DNA of 64,000 bases, taken from positions 64,921 through 128,920 of the forward strand of contig JAFRDO010000077.1 of NCBI GenBank assembly GCA_017403825.1, in the 5' to 3' direction. Shown here in pieces: positions 10,250 through 19,391 of this stretch. This DNA is from Kiritimatiellia bacterium. Its GTDB lineage: Bacteria; Verrucomicrobiota; Kiritimatiellia; RFP12; UBA1067. Every line of letters starts with the position of its first letter. Positions within the stretch are counted from its first letter, which is position 1. The translations under genes and the position numbers were made by a program. The notes beneath the pieces are model-generated. The model made no database searches. It was given only the letters and a program-made list of their open reading frames with translations, and had not been told where the DNA came from.

Positions 10250-11253
10250 CGTCCTCGCCCCTTTCGCATCGAGCGCACAAGCTCGCTGACGACAAGCGCA
10301 TCGCCGCTTGCCGTCCCCGTCACCACCCTTTCGCGCAGCGTAAGGAACCGCCAGCGCGCCATTCGTAACTCCTGAAGAGTCCAGTTCCGCAGGAAGCCCT
10401 CGGTCTTCTTGACCACGTACGGATTCATTCCATCCGTGCGCCCGCCCGCCACGTCGACGAGCTGGCGGAAGAATCGCTCGATCACGCCGCTCATGAACAC
10501 CGCGAAGCCGGTCCCCAGCTCAAAGCGCCGAATCGCCGCAAGCGCCGCGCCTGTGTCACGCCGGCCTATGGCGTCAGTTACGTCCCACACCTCCGGCTCT
10601 ACTCCGACTCCGGGACTCGTGACTGCCGCCACGGAGGCGGCGGTGATGACTGACGATTCACTGCCAAGATAATCACGCATCTTGCCGAGCTCGCTCATCT
10701 GCGAACGGGCGTCGCCGCCGACAATCGCCACGAAGCGCTCCGCCACGCCCGGCGCGAACTTAAGCCCCATCCCGTCGGCAAAGTCGATGGCACGCACGAC
10801 CGCGGCGCGGGCGGCGTCGCGCGGACTATCCTCCGCGAAGACCACTAGCTCAGCCGCAGACGCAAGTCGTTTCGCGAAAACGGACGTCTTCAGCAGGTGT
10901 GGGCCGGACAATATGAAGTGCTGGTTTTCAGGCAGCATCGCAGCAGCCAGCCTTGCGGCGAACTTCTCGAGTGCAGACTTAACCTCGTCGGCGATAGCCT
11001 TCTTTCCACCGGGGAGGAAGTGAACGTTCTTCCACCAGGTCACCTTCTTAGGATCGAGAAAAGGAGGAGTTCCGAAAGAAGCATCGGCCGCACGGAGGTC
11101 GGCCAGCTGCAGCTCGGCATTCGTCGCATTCAGGGAGTCCACGACCTCCAGGCCGACACCATCGCCCACGATGCGCTTGGCCGCCTCGTTCACGAGGTAG
11201 TCATCCGCGCCGATTATGACGTGCACATTCAACGAACACCACCCCCACGACAA
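10246..11253 (-). CDS. holA: DNA polymerase III delta subunit.
   Basis: The N-terminus 'VHVIIGADDYLVNEAAKRIV' is typical of HolA. The length is about 335 aa. Its position between lgt and the PTS-IIA gene fits a housekeeping operon. A GTG/TTG start near 11226 is possible. Confidence 0.6.
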   Translation of the reverse strand: MSWGWCSLNVHVIIGADDYLVNEAAKRIVGDGVGLEVVDSLNATNAELQLADLRAADASFGTPPFLDPKKVTWWKNVHFLPGGKKAIADEVKSALEKFAARLAAAMLPENQHFILSGPHLLKTSVFAKRLASAAELVVFAEDSPRDAARAAVVRAIDFADGMGLKFAPGVAERFVAIVGGDARSQMSELGKMRDYLGSESSVITAASVAAVTSPGVGVEPEVWDVTDAIGRRDTGAALAAIRRFELGTGFAVFMSGVIERFFRQLVDVAGGRTDGMNPYVVKKTEGFLRNWTLQELRMARWRFLTLRERVVTGTASGDALVVSELVRSMRKGRGR

Positions 11254-11965
11254 CCATACCGATGGAAATCGCCTGACTTATGCTGAACGGGCCTATAGCC
11301 GCCCTCGGATCCCCGCGCAGGTACTCCATGCCGAAACGGATCGCCGCGTAGCCAATCAGGTAAGCGCCTGTCACGAGCCCCGGCCGGTCGCGTGCGCCAC
11401 GCCGCCACAGGACCATCAGAGCCGCGAACAGGACCAGCAGCGCCCCCGCCTCAAAAAGCTGCGTCGGCAGCACGCTCACCGCCCTGCAGCCGTGCTCGTA
11501 CCAGCTGGGGCTCCCAGCCGGGAACGTAACGGCGCACCAGGCCGTAGAGTCTCTCCCGTAGCAGCACCCGTAGAAGAAGCATCCTACGCGCCCGAACGCA
11601 TGCCCAAGCGGCAAGACTGCCGACAGCAAATCCGCAAGCCGAAGCGGATGCTCTTTCCTGACAAAGCACCAGACGAAGAAGATGACAAAAGCAAGGACGA
11701 ACCCACCGTAGAACATGAGTCCGCCCTGGTCGACGCGGACGATTGCCGCCGGATTGGACGCGAATTCGGTCTGCCAGTGCTCGATGACGTAAGCGGTCCG
11801 GCTGCCGACGACACCGCCTATCATCAACGCCATGAGCAGGTTGGAGAGATCCTTGCGCCCGCTCAGCCTCTCTATGAGCCACCAGCAGACCAGGAACCCA
11901 GTAGCCATCAGGACGCCGTATGTCCTGACGTGCAGGAAGCCGATGTCTATGAGGTCCGGGTACAT
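11201..11965 (-). CDS. lgt: Prolipoprotein diacylglyceryl transferase.
   Basis: The Lgt signature 'GRVGCFFYGCCYG' is present and the protein is multi-pass membrane. The start was refined to MYPDLIDIG at 11965. The track ORF extends to 12028. Confidence 0.85.
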   Translation of the reverse strand: MYPDLIDIGFLHVRTYGVLMATGFLVCWWLIERLSGRKDLSNLLMALMIGGVVGSRTAYVIEHWQTEFASNPAAIVRVDQGGLMFYGGFVLAFVIFFVWCFVRKEHPLRLADLLSAVLPLGHAFGRVGCFFYGCCYGRDSTAWCAVTFPAGSPSWYEHGCRAVSVLPTQLFEAGALLVLFAALMVLWRRGARDRPGLVTGAYLIGYAAIRFGMEYLRGDPRAAIGPFSISQAISIGMVVVGVVFVECARHNRRG

Positions 11966-12651
11966 AGCGAGACGATCCATCTGCCGCCCGACCAGGCGAA
12001 GGCCCAGACGGCGGAGTAGGCGGAACAAACGCGATTAGCAATGAAGCTGCCGACGGCGGCGAACGTAACCGGAGTCGTCGCAGCCAGCCAAACGAGGACT
12101 ATAAGAACGTTCACCAGGAAGATGAAGGTCCAGGAGAAGATGCGGCCGTAAAGCTTGACGTCCGGCTGACGCTGGCCTAGCGTCTCAAGCGTGAAAAGCA
12201 CGTGGAACGCCCAAGTAAAGCCGATCAGGAACATCCAAAGCGGAAGGCACGGCAACGGACGCAGGAATGCGAACGTCACCAGGGCGCAGACTATGACAAC
12301 GAACGTGTAGAACGGAAAGAAGTACGGCGCGAGCGTGATCAGCAGGTTGGACTTCGTCAAGCGCACGCTGCCGCCGCCCTCTTCAACGCGCAGGTCACTC
12401 GGACGTGCGCCGAACAGTAGCCCCCAGAGCGCATGCGTCAGCTCGTGTCCCAGCACATAAGCCTTCACCGGATGGCTGAGAGCCATCCAGGCGAGCGCGA
12501 ACGCAGCTATGCCGCCCAGAAGGGCCAGCGCCTCAGGGCTCATGCCCTCCGCGCCGGCGGACGCGACAATGGCGTCGAACAGGGCCCGCATGAACCCCCA
12601 GCACGCCGGCAACAGCGCGATTCCGGTCAGCAGCCTCAGGAAGTTCGCCAT
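11947..12651 (-). CDS. Polytopic membrane protein with an HExxH motif. It is a putative zinc metalloprotease of the DUF3267/M50-like kind.
   Basis: 'YVLGHELTHALWG' sits within a hydrophobic multi-TM protein. The assignment rests on motif similarity only. Confidence 0.4.
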   Translation of the reverse strand: MANFLRLLTGIALLPACWGFMRALFDAIVASAGAEGMSPEALALLGGIAAFALAWMALSHPVKAYVLGHELTHALWGLLFGARPSDLRVEEGGGSVRLTKSNLLITLAPYFFPFYTFVVIVCALVTFAFLRPLPCLPLWMFLIGFTWAFHVLFTLETLGQRQPDVKLYGRIFSWTFIFLVNVLIVLVWLAATTPVTFAAVGSFIANRVCSAYSAVWAFAWSGGRWIVSLCTRTS

Positions 12652-12662
12652 CCTATCCGCCG

Positions 12663-12953
12663 TCAGTCCTTTTCAAAGATAAACACCAGCTCGCCGGGGA
12701 AGACCCGGTGGTTCGTGCGGGCGATCTTCTCGACAAAATCTGCATCGGTCTTGAACCGGCGCTGATTGTCGACAAGCTGCTCGATCTCGCGCTTGCGACG
12801 GTCGATCCGCTCCTGAAGCTCCGCGTTCTGCCGCTTCAGCGATTCGCTGCGACGGTAGTCAGGATACATCATCATGACGCCGCCGACTACGATCAACGCA
12901 AGCACGAAATACGTCAGATACCCGACGACCTTGTCTTTCAGGCTTTCGTTCAT
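12663..12953 (-). CDS. Septum formation initiator (FtsB/DivIC-like) family protein.
   Basis: A single N-terminal TM segment is followed by the coiled coil 'LKRQNAELQERIDRRKREIEQL'. The probable start is at MNESLKDK (12953). Confidence 0.5.
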   Translation of the reverse strand: MNESLKDKVVGYLTYFVLALIVVGGVMMMYPDYRRSESLKRQNAELQERIDRRKREIEQLVDNQRRFKTDADFVEKIARTNHRVFPGELVFIFEKD

Positions 12954-12993
12954 GTTGAAGATTATACCAAAAATCGCGCGGGGTGTGGACGAC

Positions 12994-13578
12994 TCAGCCT
13001 TCAGGAACCGAAGCGGCATTGAATGCGTTGTATGCGTTCATGGCCATTTCAGGACCGTCGCGGAGCACGGCTTCGACGGCATCCGCGGCCTTCCCGATCA
13101 CGACATCGATTACCTTGCGCGTCTCAGGGTCGAACTTGCCGAGCACGTGCCCTACGACGTTGCCACGGTCCTTGCCGACGCCGATCTTCACGCGCACAAA
13201 GGCACCGGTTCCGATTCTTTCGATTATGTTCCTTATGCCGTTGTGTCCGCCGCAGCTGCCGCCAGTGCGGATGCGAAGGCGTCCGACAGGAAGGTCGATG
13301 TCGTCCTGCACCACGATGAGATCGGCAGGCGAGGCGTTGTTATATCTCACGACAGGAGCGACTGACTCGCCGGAGAGGTTCATGAACGTCTGAGGCTTCA
13401 CGAGCAGCACCTGTTGCCCTGCGATAACGCACTTCGTCATGAAGCAGCGGAAGGCTCGCTTCGCCTCCCACGTCGCACCCGCTGCGGCGGCAAGGCGGTC
13501 GACCGTCTCAAAGCCGACGGAATGCGGAGTGTCCGCATACTGCTGGCCAGGGTTCCCCAGTCCTACGACAACCTTCAT
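12994..13578 (-). CDS. pth: Peptidyl-tRNA hydrolase.
   Basis: The 'MKVVVGLGNPG' start and the 'NLSGESV' and 'GGHNGIRNI' motifs are present. The start was refined to the ATG at 13578. Confidence 0.9.
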   Translation of the reverse strand: MKVVVGLGNPGQQYADTPHSVGFETVDRLAAAAGATWEAKRAFRCFMTKCVIAGQQVLLVKPQTFMNLSGESVAPVVRYNNASPADLIVVQDDIDLPVGRLRIRTGGSCGGHNGIRNIIERIGTGAFVRVKIGVGKDRGNVVGHVLGKFDPETRKVIDVVIGKAADAVEAVLRDGPEMAMNAYNAFNAASVPEG

Positions 13579-13601
13579 GCTAGCACCCCGCGCACGGAAC
13601 G

Positions 13602-14720
13602 TCAGTTGAACAGGAACTCCACGACATCGCCGTCGCGCATCTCGTAGTCCCTGCCTTCGGGACGAAGCGCGCCGTGTTCGCGCGCGCCAGCCTCGCCGCC
13701 ATACTTCACGTAGTCGTCGAAAGCAACGACCTGCGCCCGAATGAACCCCTTCTCGAAGTCGGTGTGGATGACACCGGCGCACTTCGGAGCCTTCCAGCCT
13801 CGGCGGAATGTCCAGGCCCGGACCTCCTTCGGTCCGGCCGTCAGGAAACTCGCCAGCCCCAGCGTCTCGTACGCCAGCTTGATGGTCCTGTCCAGCGACG
13901 ACTCCTCCAGTCCGTAGCTCTGCAGAAACTCCCTGGCCTCGTCATCGGAGAGTCCGGCAAGGTCGGCCTCCATCTGTGCGCAGACCACGACAGTCTCGCA
14001 GCCCTGCCGGGCCGCGTATTCGCGCAGCGCCACGACGTGCGGATTAGACTCGCCCGTCACGTCGTCGTCGGCCACGTTGGCGCAGTAGATTACCTTCTTG
14101 TCGGTGAGGAAGTGAAGCTCCTTCAGGACGTTCAGTATAGGGTCGCCCTCCGAACGCGGGAAACTCCGAACCGGGAAACCTTCGCCAAGGTGCTTAAGCA
14201 AGGCCTCGCAGGCATCAGCCTCGGGACGCAGCTGCGGCTTGGCCTGCGCCTCCTTGCGGATCTTATCGAACCGCTTCTGAAGCTGCTCCATGTCGGCGAG
14301 GATCAGCTCCGTCTCAATCACCTCCGCATCGCCCACGGGATCGATCGGAGCCGACTTGCCTCCGCCCTCCTGCACGTGGATTATGTCTTCGTTCTCGAAA
14401 CACCTTACAACATGCAAGACGGCATCACACTCGCGTATGTTGGCGAGGAACTTGTTGCCCAGCCCTTCGCCCTTTGACGCGCCCTTCACAAGCCCCGCGA
14501 TGTCAGTGAACGCCACGGTCGCGCGGATGACCTGCTCGGGCTTGGCGATCTTGGCAAGCTCGTCCAGCCGTGCGTCGGAGACCTCTACCACGGCAGTGTT
14601 CGGCTCGATGGTGCAGAACGGATAGTTCTCCGCGGCCGCCTGTTGCCGCTTCGTGAGCGCGTTGAAGAGCGTGGACTTCCCGACGTTAGGCAAGCCTACT
14701 ATGCCGACTGACAGACTCAT
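13602..14720 (-). CDS. ychF: Ribosome-binding ATPase YchF.
   Basis: The 'GIVGLPNVGKSTLFNALT' P-loop is present. YchF-family motifs and the TGS domain follow. Adjacency to pth is the classical arrangement. Confidence 0.9.
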   Translation of the reverse strand: MSLSVGIVGLPNVGKSTLFNALTKRQQAAAENYPFCTIEPNTAVVEVSDARLDELAKIAKPEQVIRATVAFTDIAGLVKGASKGEGLGNKFLANIRECDAVLHVVRCFENEDIIHVQEGGGKSAPIDPVGDAEVIETELILADMEQLQKRFDKIRKEAQAKPQLRPEADACEALLKHLGEGFPVRSFPRSEGDPILNVLKELHFLTDKKVIYCANVADDDVTGESNPHVVALREYAARQGCETVVVCAQMEADLAGLSDDEAREFLQSYGLEESSLDRTIKLAYETLGLASFLTAGPKEVRAWTFRRGWKAPKCAGVIHTDFEKGFIRAQVVAFDDYVKYGGEAGAREHGALRPEGRDYEMRDGDVVEFLFN

Positions 14721-14722
14721 TG

Positions 14723-15475
14723 CTATTTCTCCTTCCAGGCCCTGACGGGCACGAACATCTCGGGATGGCCGCTCCTCGCCGCAACCCGCTCGGCGAAATC
14801 GGCGTCTCGCGCATTCTGAAGCGCGACGTACCAGCCGCAGAACGCGCCGTCCTTGCGGTTCCCTGCTGCGGCAAGGCGCGACAGCGCGGACTTCAGCGCG
14901 CTTTCCGATACGTCCCCTCCGCGCCAGTACGCCTCCTCTATCACGAACGACTTGAACAGCCGCGGCGAAAGTTCGTACACGCGCTCGGGACGCGTCCGGT
15001 TGAAGTCGCCTACGATACGCTCTATCGGAGCGTCAAGACGCGCGAAGCGAGCGTCCTCATAGCCGCATAGCGCCAGCGGCTCCTTCCATGGGTCGCGCAA
15101 CGTTTCGCCGCGCCACGGGCTGCGCGCGTGCATCTCTCGGAACAGGCTCTCCACCGCCAGCAAGTCCGCCATCTCGTCGTCGCGGACGAACCGAACGTCT
15201 ATGAAGAGCCTGCCGTAGACAGTGAACGAATACACGCGGCGACCCACCGAAAGGCTGTAGCGTACCGACGCCAGGGACGGACGCGACTCGCGCAGACCCA
15301 TAAGGCCGAGATAGCGCTCCCACTTGGCGCGGCGCCCGTTCTGCGCGGAAACGAGCCGCCCGGCCTTCTCAAGCACTGCCACCTCGCCGGCGGCAACCGG
15401 CTCCGAAAATTCGCCCGGTGCGCCTAGCGCCGTCAGCACCTTCATCGCGGCGAAAAGGATTGCACCGAAGGTCAT
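14723..15475 (-). CDS. Hypothetical protein, paralogous to the downstream gene.
   Basis: It shares 'RFVR(D/P)DEM(A/E)...' and 'DFN(R/A)(T/R)R(P/G)E...(K/L)(S/H)(F/M)(V/I)IEE' blocks with the 15472..16443 product. The 4-nt ATGA overlap suggests translational coupling. Confidence 0.45.
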   Translation of the reverse strand: MTFGAILFAAMKVLTALGAPGEFSEPVAAGEVAVLEKAGRLVSAQNGRRAKWERYLGLMGLRESRPSLASVRYSLSVGRRVYSFTVYGRLFIDVRFVRDDEMADLLAVESLFREMHARSPWRGETLRDPWKEPLALCGYEDARFARLDAPIERIVGDFNRTRPERVYELSPRLFKSFVIEEAYWRGGDVSESALKSALSRLAAAGNRKDGAFCGWYVALQNARDADFAERVAARSGHPEMFVPVRAWKEK

Positions 15476-16443
15476 TTCGACGCTCCCTTCTTGCCAACGA
15501 TTGAAATCGGCACGAACGACTTCGGCTCGTACGCGCGGCGGACGATTCGTTCCGCATAGACGTTGCGGTAGAGCCGCCCGTCCTGCACCTTGTCGCTGCG
15601 TCCGTTGTAGCGCTCCAAGGCCGTGTACCAGTCGTCGAAGCGGCCTTCGGGACGGTTGGCCGCCGGCTGGCCTGACGCGCCAAAGCCCTTTCGGGCGAGA
15701 TACATGACCGCCGCCCGGACGTTCTGCTCGCTGGTGCCCTCGTTACGCCGCTCCGGCTTTCTGAGGCCGAGCTGCTCCTTGTACGGATTCCAGTCACCGG
15801 GTACGTTGACCTGCTGCGGATCGACCTTCCAGGCCGCCAGGCTCCTTCCGTCGCGTCCTCCTGTCTCCTCTATCATATGCGACTTCACGAGTTCCGGCGG
15901 CAGGTCGTGAATCAGCTTCGCCTGCTCCGGCGTGGACGCGGCCCATTCGCCGCGCCGTGCGTTGAAGTCGGCAACCATGCGCAGTATGAGGTCGTCGTAC
16001 TGCTGGTAACGGGAATCTTCGTAACCGCGAAAGACAGGCAGCTTCCGCGGCTTCTCCGCGGAGGGTTTGGCGGGAGTTCCGACAGGCGGCTTCTCCTCTG
16101 CCGCCTTGGCACGGGACTTCACCTCCTCATCCGCGAAATGCTGGCGATAAAACCGGTTCACGGCCTCGATGGCTTCCATTTCGTCGGGGCGCACGAACCG
16201 GTCGTCAAACCACAGTTCGCCATCCGCATCGAAGTAGAACCTGTTTCCAAGGACCTCCAGCACTTCAACCGCGTCGGAAAGAGACATCTGCGAATCCTTT
16301 CGGCCCATCTCATGCTGGAAGTCGTCGTAGGCGCGGCTTCGCTCGCCAGCCGCAAGAAACACCTCAAGGGCAGGAGCAAAGACCTCTACGGCCTCCTGCA
16401 GCAATCCCACGTCGAGGGCCACGGCAAGTAGAAGACCGATCAT
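15472..16443 (-). CDS. Hypothetical protein, paralogous to the gene at 14723..15475. Start refined to MIGLLLAV.
   Basis: Conserved blocks are shared with its neighbour. The refined start gives an ATGA overlap with the cysE stop. The track ORF starts at 16515. Confidence 0.45.
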   Translation of the reverse strand: MIGLLLAVALDVGLLQEAVEVFAPALEVFLAAGERSRAYDDFQHEMGRKDSQMSLSDAVEVLEVLGNRFYFDADGELWFDDRFVRPDEMEAIEAVNRFYRQHFADEEVKSRAKAAEEKPPVGTPAKPSAEKPRKLPVFRGYEDSRYQQYDDLILRMVADFNARRGEWAASTPEQAKLIHDLPPELVKSHMIEETGGRDGRSLAAWKVDPQQVNVPGDWNPYKEQLGLRKPERRNEGTSEQNVRAAVMYLARKGFGASGQPAANRPEGRFDDWYTALERYNGRSDKVQDGRLYRNVYAERIVRRAYEPKSFVPISIVGKKGASK

Positions 16444-17186
16444 TTTGTCTTTATCGACGGCGCCGGCGGCCGGTTGTAGACGCGAGAATTGGGCGGAACC
16501 GAGTCCTTTAGCCAAACGTTGCCGCCAATCTCGGAATCATGCCCGATGACCGTGTCGCCGCCGAGAATCGTCGCGCCGGCGTAGATCACCACGTTGTCCT
16601 CCACGTTAGGATGGCGCTTGACGCCCTTTACGAGCGCACCTGTGACCGGATCCTTGTCGAACGAGAGTGCGCCCAACGTGACGCCCTGGTAGAGCTTTAC
16701 GTTCTTGCCTATCACCGTCGTCTCGCCGATGACGACTCCTGTGCCGTGGTCGATGAAGAACCTCTCGCCTATCGTCGCGCCGGGATGTATGTCGATGCCG
16801 GTCTTCGAGTGCGCAAGCTCGGACATCACGCGAGGAATGATCGGGACTTTCATTCGGTAGAGTTCATGCGCCAGGCGATGAACCGTCACCGCATAAAGGC
16901 CGGGATAGGCCATCACCACCTCCATGCGGCTGGTCGCCGCCGGATCGCCCTCGTAGGCAGCAATGACGTCCGACTCCACCAGCCGCTTCACCTCCGGCAA
17001 CGCGGCAACGAAAGCGGCTGATATACGCTTGGCGTCCTCATCCGTCATGAGCAGCGCGATCTCGCGCTCCAGGTCGGCCGCCAGGTCGGCAACGGCCGAA
17101 GCGGCGCCAAGCTCACCGTAGACGCACGGATGCAGTACGGCAAGCCCGCGCCGAACGATCCGCTCGACTCTCTGGGGCAGTGTCAT
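16440..17186 (-). CDS. cysE: Serine O-acetyltransferase.
   Basis: An N-terminal SATase helical domain is followed by left-handed beta-helix hexapeptide repeats (GATIGERFFIDHGTGVVIGETTVIGKNV...). The length is 248 aa. Confidence 0.8.
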   Translation of the reverse strand: MTLPQRVERIVRRGLAVLHPCVYGELGAASAVADLAADLEREIALLMTDEDAKRISAAFVAALPEVKRLVESDVIAAYEGDPAATSRMEVVMAYPGLYAVTVHRLAHELYRMKVPIIPRVMSELAHSKTGIDIHPGATIGERFFIDHGTGVVIGETTVIGKNVKLYQGVTLGALSFDKDPVTGALVKGVKRHPNVEDNVVIYAGATILGGDTVIGHDSEIGGNVWLKDSVPPNSRVYNRPPAPSIKTK

Positions 17187-17207
17187 GTCAAGGCATATTA
17201 TACCATA

Positions 17208-18278
17208 TCAGGCGCGCTCGAACGTGAACTTCTCCCACGGAATTGCCACCGGCTTCTTTTCCGTAAGGATCTCGTCCGTATGCATGAGCAGCGGGAATTC
17301 CGCGGCATCGAGCTTGCCGGCCGCACAGAGGACCTTGACGGCCCGCGCCACGCGCACGGCGACGACGAGCGACTCGAGCGTAACGCCCTTCAGCTCGGCC
17401 TTCGCCTCATCGATGTTCATGCCGCGTCCAAGCAGAATGCCGACGAGCCTCGTCCTGCCGCCGTACACCGTGACGTAGAGGTCGCCAGCGCCTACGCACA
17501 GGTTCTCGAGCGTACCCGCGCCCTGAAGGTCGAGGAGCTTCTTCATCTCCTTGACCGCCTGACCGAACACCGCGGCCTGCGAGTTGAAGTGCAGCTCCGA
17601 ATCGATGCCGAACGCCTTCTGATTGAGACCGATCGTAAGCGCAATGCCGAGGGCGTAGCCGTTCTTGAGCGCAACCGCGCTCTCTATGCCGGTAACGTCG
17701 GTGGAAAGCGAGATGTGGTAGTAGTCCGTCGCCATCGCAGCCTTCAGCATCCGCAGCGTCTCGATGTCCTTGCCGCAGAAAGCGACTTCCGTCTGGTCGT
17801 GCGCCACCAGCTCGTAGCTTGTGCAGGGGCCGCCGATCGCGCAGATCGTACGCGAGATCCCCTTCTCGGCAAGACGAGCCTCCCACACCGCAGGATAGGT
17901 GAGCAGCTTTCCGTCAGGCGTGTCCATCAGTCCCTTCGTGACGGAAAGGACCGGCAACGCCGGCGGCAGCTTGGGCAGCACCTCTTCGCCGAACCAGTCG
18001 ACGCCGAAGCTCGACACGCCGCCAATCACGAAATCAGCCCCGACGACCGCGTCCATCATCTCCTCGACCTGATAGAACTCGCATCCCTCCGGGAACGGCG
18101 GAACGCCGTTCGGAAAGTGCTTTGCGAACTTCGGGTGCCTGTTCGTCTTGCGGCACTCGTCAATGATCTCGCGGTCAAGGGGCGTGCCGACAAGCCGCAC
18201 CGTGTTTCCGTTCTCACGGGCCGGGAACGCCAATGCGCTCCCCATCATGCCCGAACCGATTATTACTATCGTAGCCAT
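17208..18278 (-). CDS. gpsA: NAD(P)H-dependent glycerol-3-phosphate dehydrogenase-like oxidoreductase.
   Basis: MATIVIIGSGMMGSALA forms a Rossmann motif. A KN-containing block 'ALKNGYALGIAL' resembles the GpsA C-terminal domain. The start was refined to 18278, which has a GGAAGGAA Shine-Dalgarno. The track ORF carried a 124-aa spurious extension. Confidence 0.6.
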   Translation of the reverse strand: MATIVIIGSGMMGSALAFPARENGNTVRLVGTPLDREIIDECRKTNRHPKFAKHFPNGVPPFPEGCEFYQVEEMMDAVVGADFVIGGVSSFGVDWFGEEVLPKLPPALPVLSVTKGLMDTPDGKLLTYPAVWEARLAEKGISRTICAIGGPCTSYELVAHDQTEVAFCGKDIETLRMLKAAMATDYYHISLSTDVTGIESAVALKNGYALGIALTIGLNQKAFGIDSELHFNSQAAVFGQAVKEMKKLLDLQGAGTLENLCVGAGDLYVTVYGGRTRLVGILLGRGMNIDEAKAELKGVTLESLVVAVRVARAVKVLCAAGKLDAAEFPLLMHTDEILTEKKPVAIPWEKFTFERA

Positions 18279-18328
18279 TTTGCTTTCCTTCCTAGTTGAT
18301 AGATTGCAGTTAGTTGACTCAAGCGTTT

Positions 18329-19249
18329 TCACTTGACGCGGCTGCGAAGAATCTCCACCGCCTTGTACAGCGCTTCCGGATAGTCGGTGCCGAAGGAATC
18401 GAACCCGAACTCCCAGAGCGCGAGATACGTCTCGGGACGGTTCGCCTCCTCCTGCCAAACGCACATGGACGCCTCGACGCCTGCTGCGTGCAGGCGCTCC
18501 ACGCACTTCTTCATCGTCTCCGGCTTCGGGCAGAACGTCGGCTTGCCTTCCGCATCGTAGCGCAGCTGGCAGTGGAGCTGCACATTGTCGATGTCCTTGA
18601 AGTTTTCCGCCGCCGCCTTCTCGAAGAGCGCCATCATGTGCCGTTCGCACTTATCCATCACCTCCGGATTGCCGAAGTCGATGCGTCCCCAGTTGCCGAG
18701 ATGCATCCAGTGAAGGGTCTGCCCTTCCGGCAGCGCGGCCTTGTACCGCTTGATCAGGCCGTAGTCGCACGTGATGAACCAGCACTGCTTCTCAAGTCCA
18801 TGCGCCTTCACCATCTCCGCGACCTTTTCTGGCGGCACGTCCTTCCAGTCGATATGCATCTTGCGGACGGGATTCTCCTCCATCGCGGTGAAAATCGTCT
18901 CCCAAAGCGGAGCGCGGCAGGTGGCGTACTGTGCGCCGCGATAGCTGCCCACATCCTCTTCGCGGAGTTCGGCCCACGTCCACTCGCTGATCTTCCTGCC
19001 CTTCAGTCCGTTGTCGTGGAACGCCACGATCTTGCCGTCCTTCGTGTAGCGGATGTCGCTTTCTGGCGTGTAACCCTTAGCCCACGTGTACAAGAGCGCC
19101 TCCATCGTGTTGTCGGGACGCCCCTTGCCGTCGCCACGGTGTATCAGCGAATGTTTCAGCGTCTCAAGCGCCTCCGGCGTTACGGGACGCTCTCCGAAAG
19201 CCGCCGTCGCACAGACTGCGGCAACAACCGTCATCATTGTCTTTTTCAT
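18329..19249 (-). CDS. Glycerophosphodiester phosphodiesterase (GDPD family), secreted.
   Basis: The signal peptide is MKKTMMTVVAAVCATAAFG. The GDPD motifs 'HRGD...PDNT' and 'FHD' are present. The start was refined to 19249, which has an AAAGGAG Shine-Dalgarno. Confidence 0.75.
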   Translation of the reverse strand: MKKTMMTVVAAVCATAAFGERPVTPEALETLKHSLIHRGDGKGRPDNTMEALLYTWAKGYTPESDIRYTKDGKIVAFHDNGLKGRKISEWTWAELREEDVGSYRGAQYATCRAPLWETIFTAMEENPVRKMHIDWKDVPPEKVAEMVKAHGLEKQCWFITCDYGLIKRYKAALPEGQTLHWMHLGNWGRIDFGNPEVMDKCERHMMALFEKAAAENFKDIDNVQLHCQLRYDAEGKPTFCPKPETMKKCVERLHAAGVEASMCVWQEEANRPETYLALWEFGFDSFGTDYPEALYKAVEILRSRVK

Positions 19250-19277
19250 TTCTGTTTCTCCTTTAAGAGGTGATTGC

Positions 19278-19351
19278 AAAACCACGGAACACACAGAATA
19301 CACGGAATCGAAATTGCATGTTTTCCGTGTTGTTCCGTGATTTCCGTGGTT
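19278..19351. repeat. Second copy of the CACGGAA-rich palindromic element (10-bp terminal inverted repeats aaccacggaa/ttccgtggtt). It lies in the intergenic 5' region of the GDPD gene.
   Basis: The inverted repeat is read directly from the sequence. Three CACGGAA units occur on each arm. It shares the 'aaaccacggaa...cacacggaatcg...ttccgtggtt' architecture with 5414..5497. Confidence 0.55.
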
Positions 19352-19391
19352 GAAAATATATACAAGGAAGCTTTGCCATTGGTTCCTTAAG

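Noticed and set aside
17208-18650. N-terminal extensions given in the ORF track.
   Set aside because: Examples are the 480-aa GpsA-like ORF, 20438 for MPE1, 26138 for MPE2, 19405 for GDPD, 42065 for the hydrolase, 39906 for MBL, 51165, 36270, 9520, 13782, and nagA's MRFTRRRRF. The extensions are Arg/Pro-rich and lack Shine-Dalgarno sites. Internal ATGs are preceded by good GGAGG/AAGGA sites and begin with canonical signal peptides or family N-termini. I used the internal starts.
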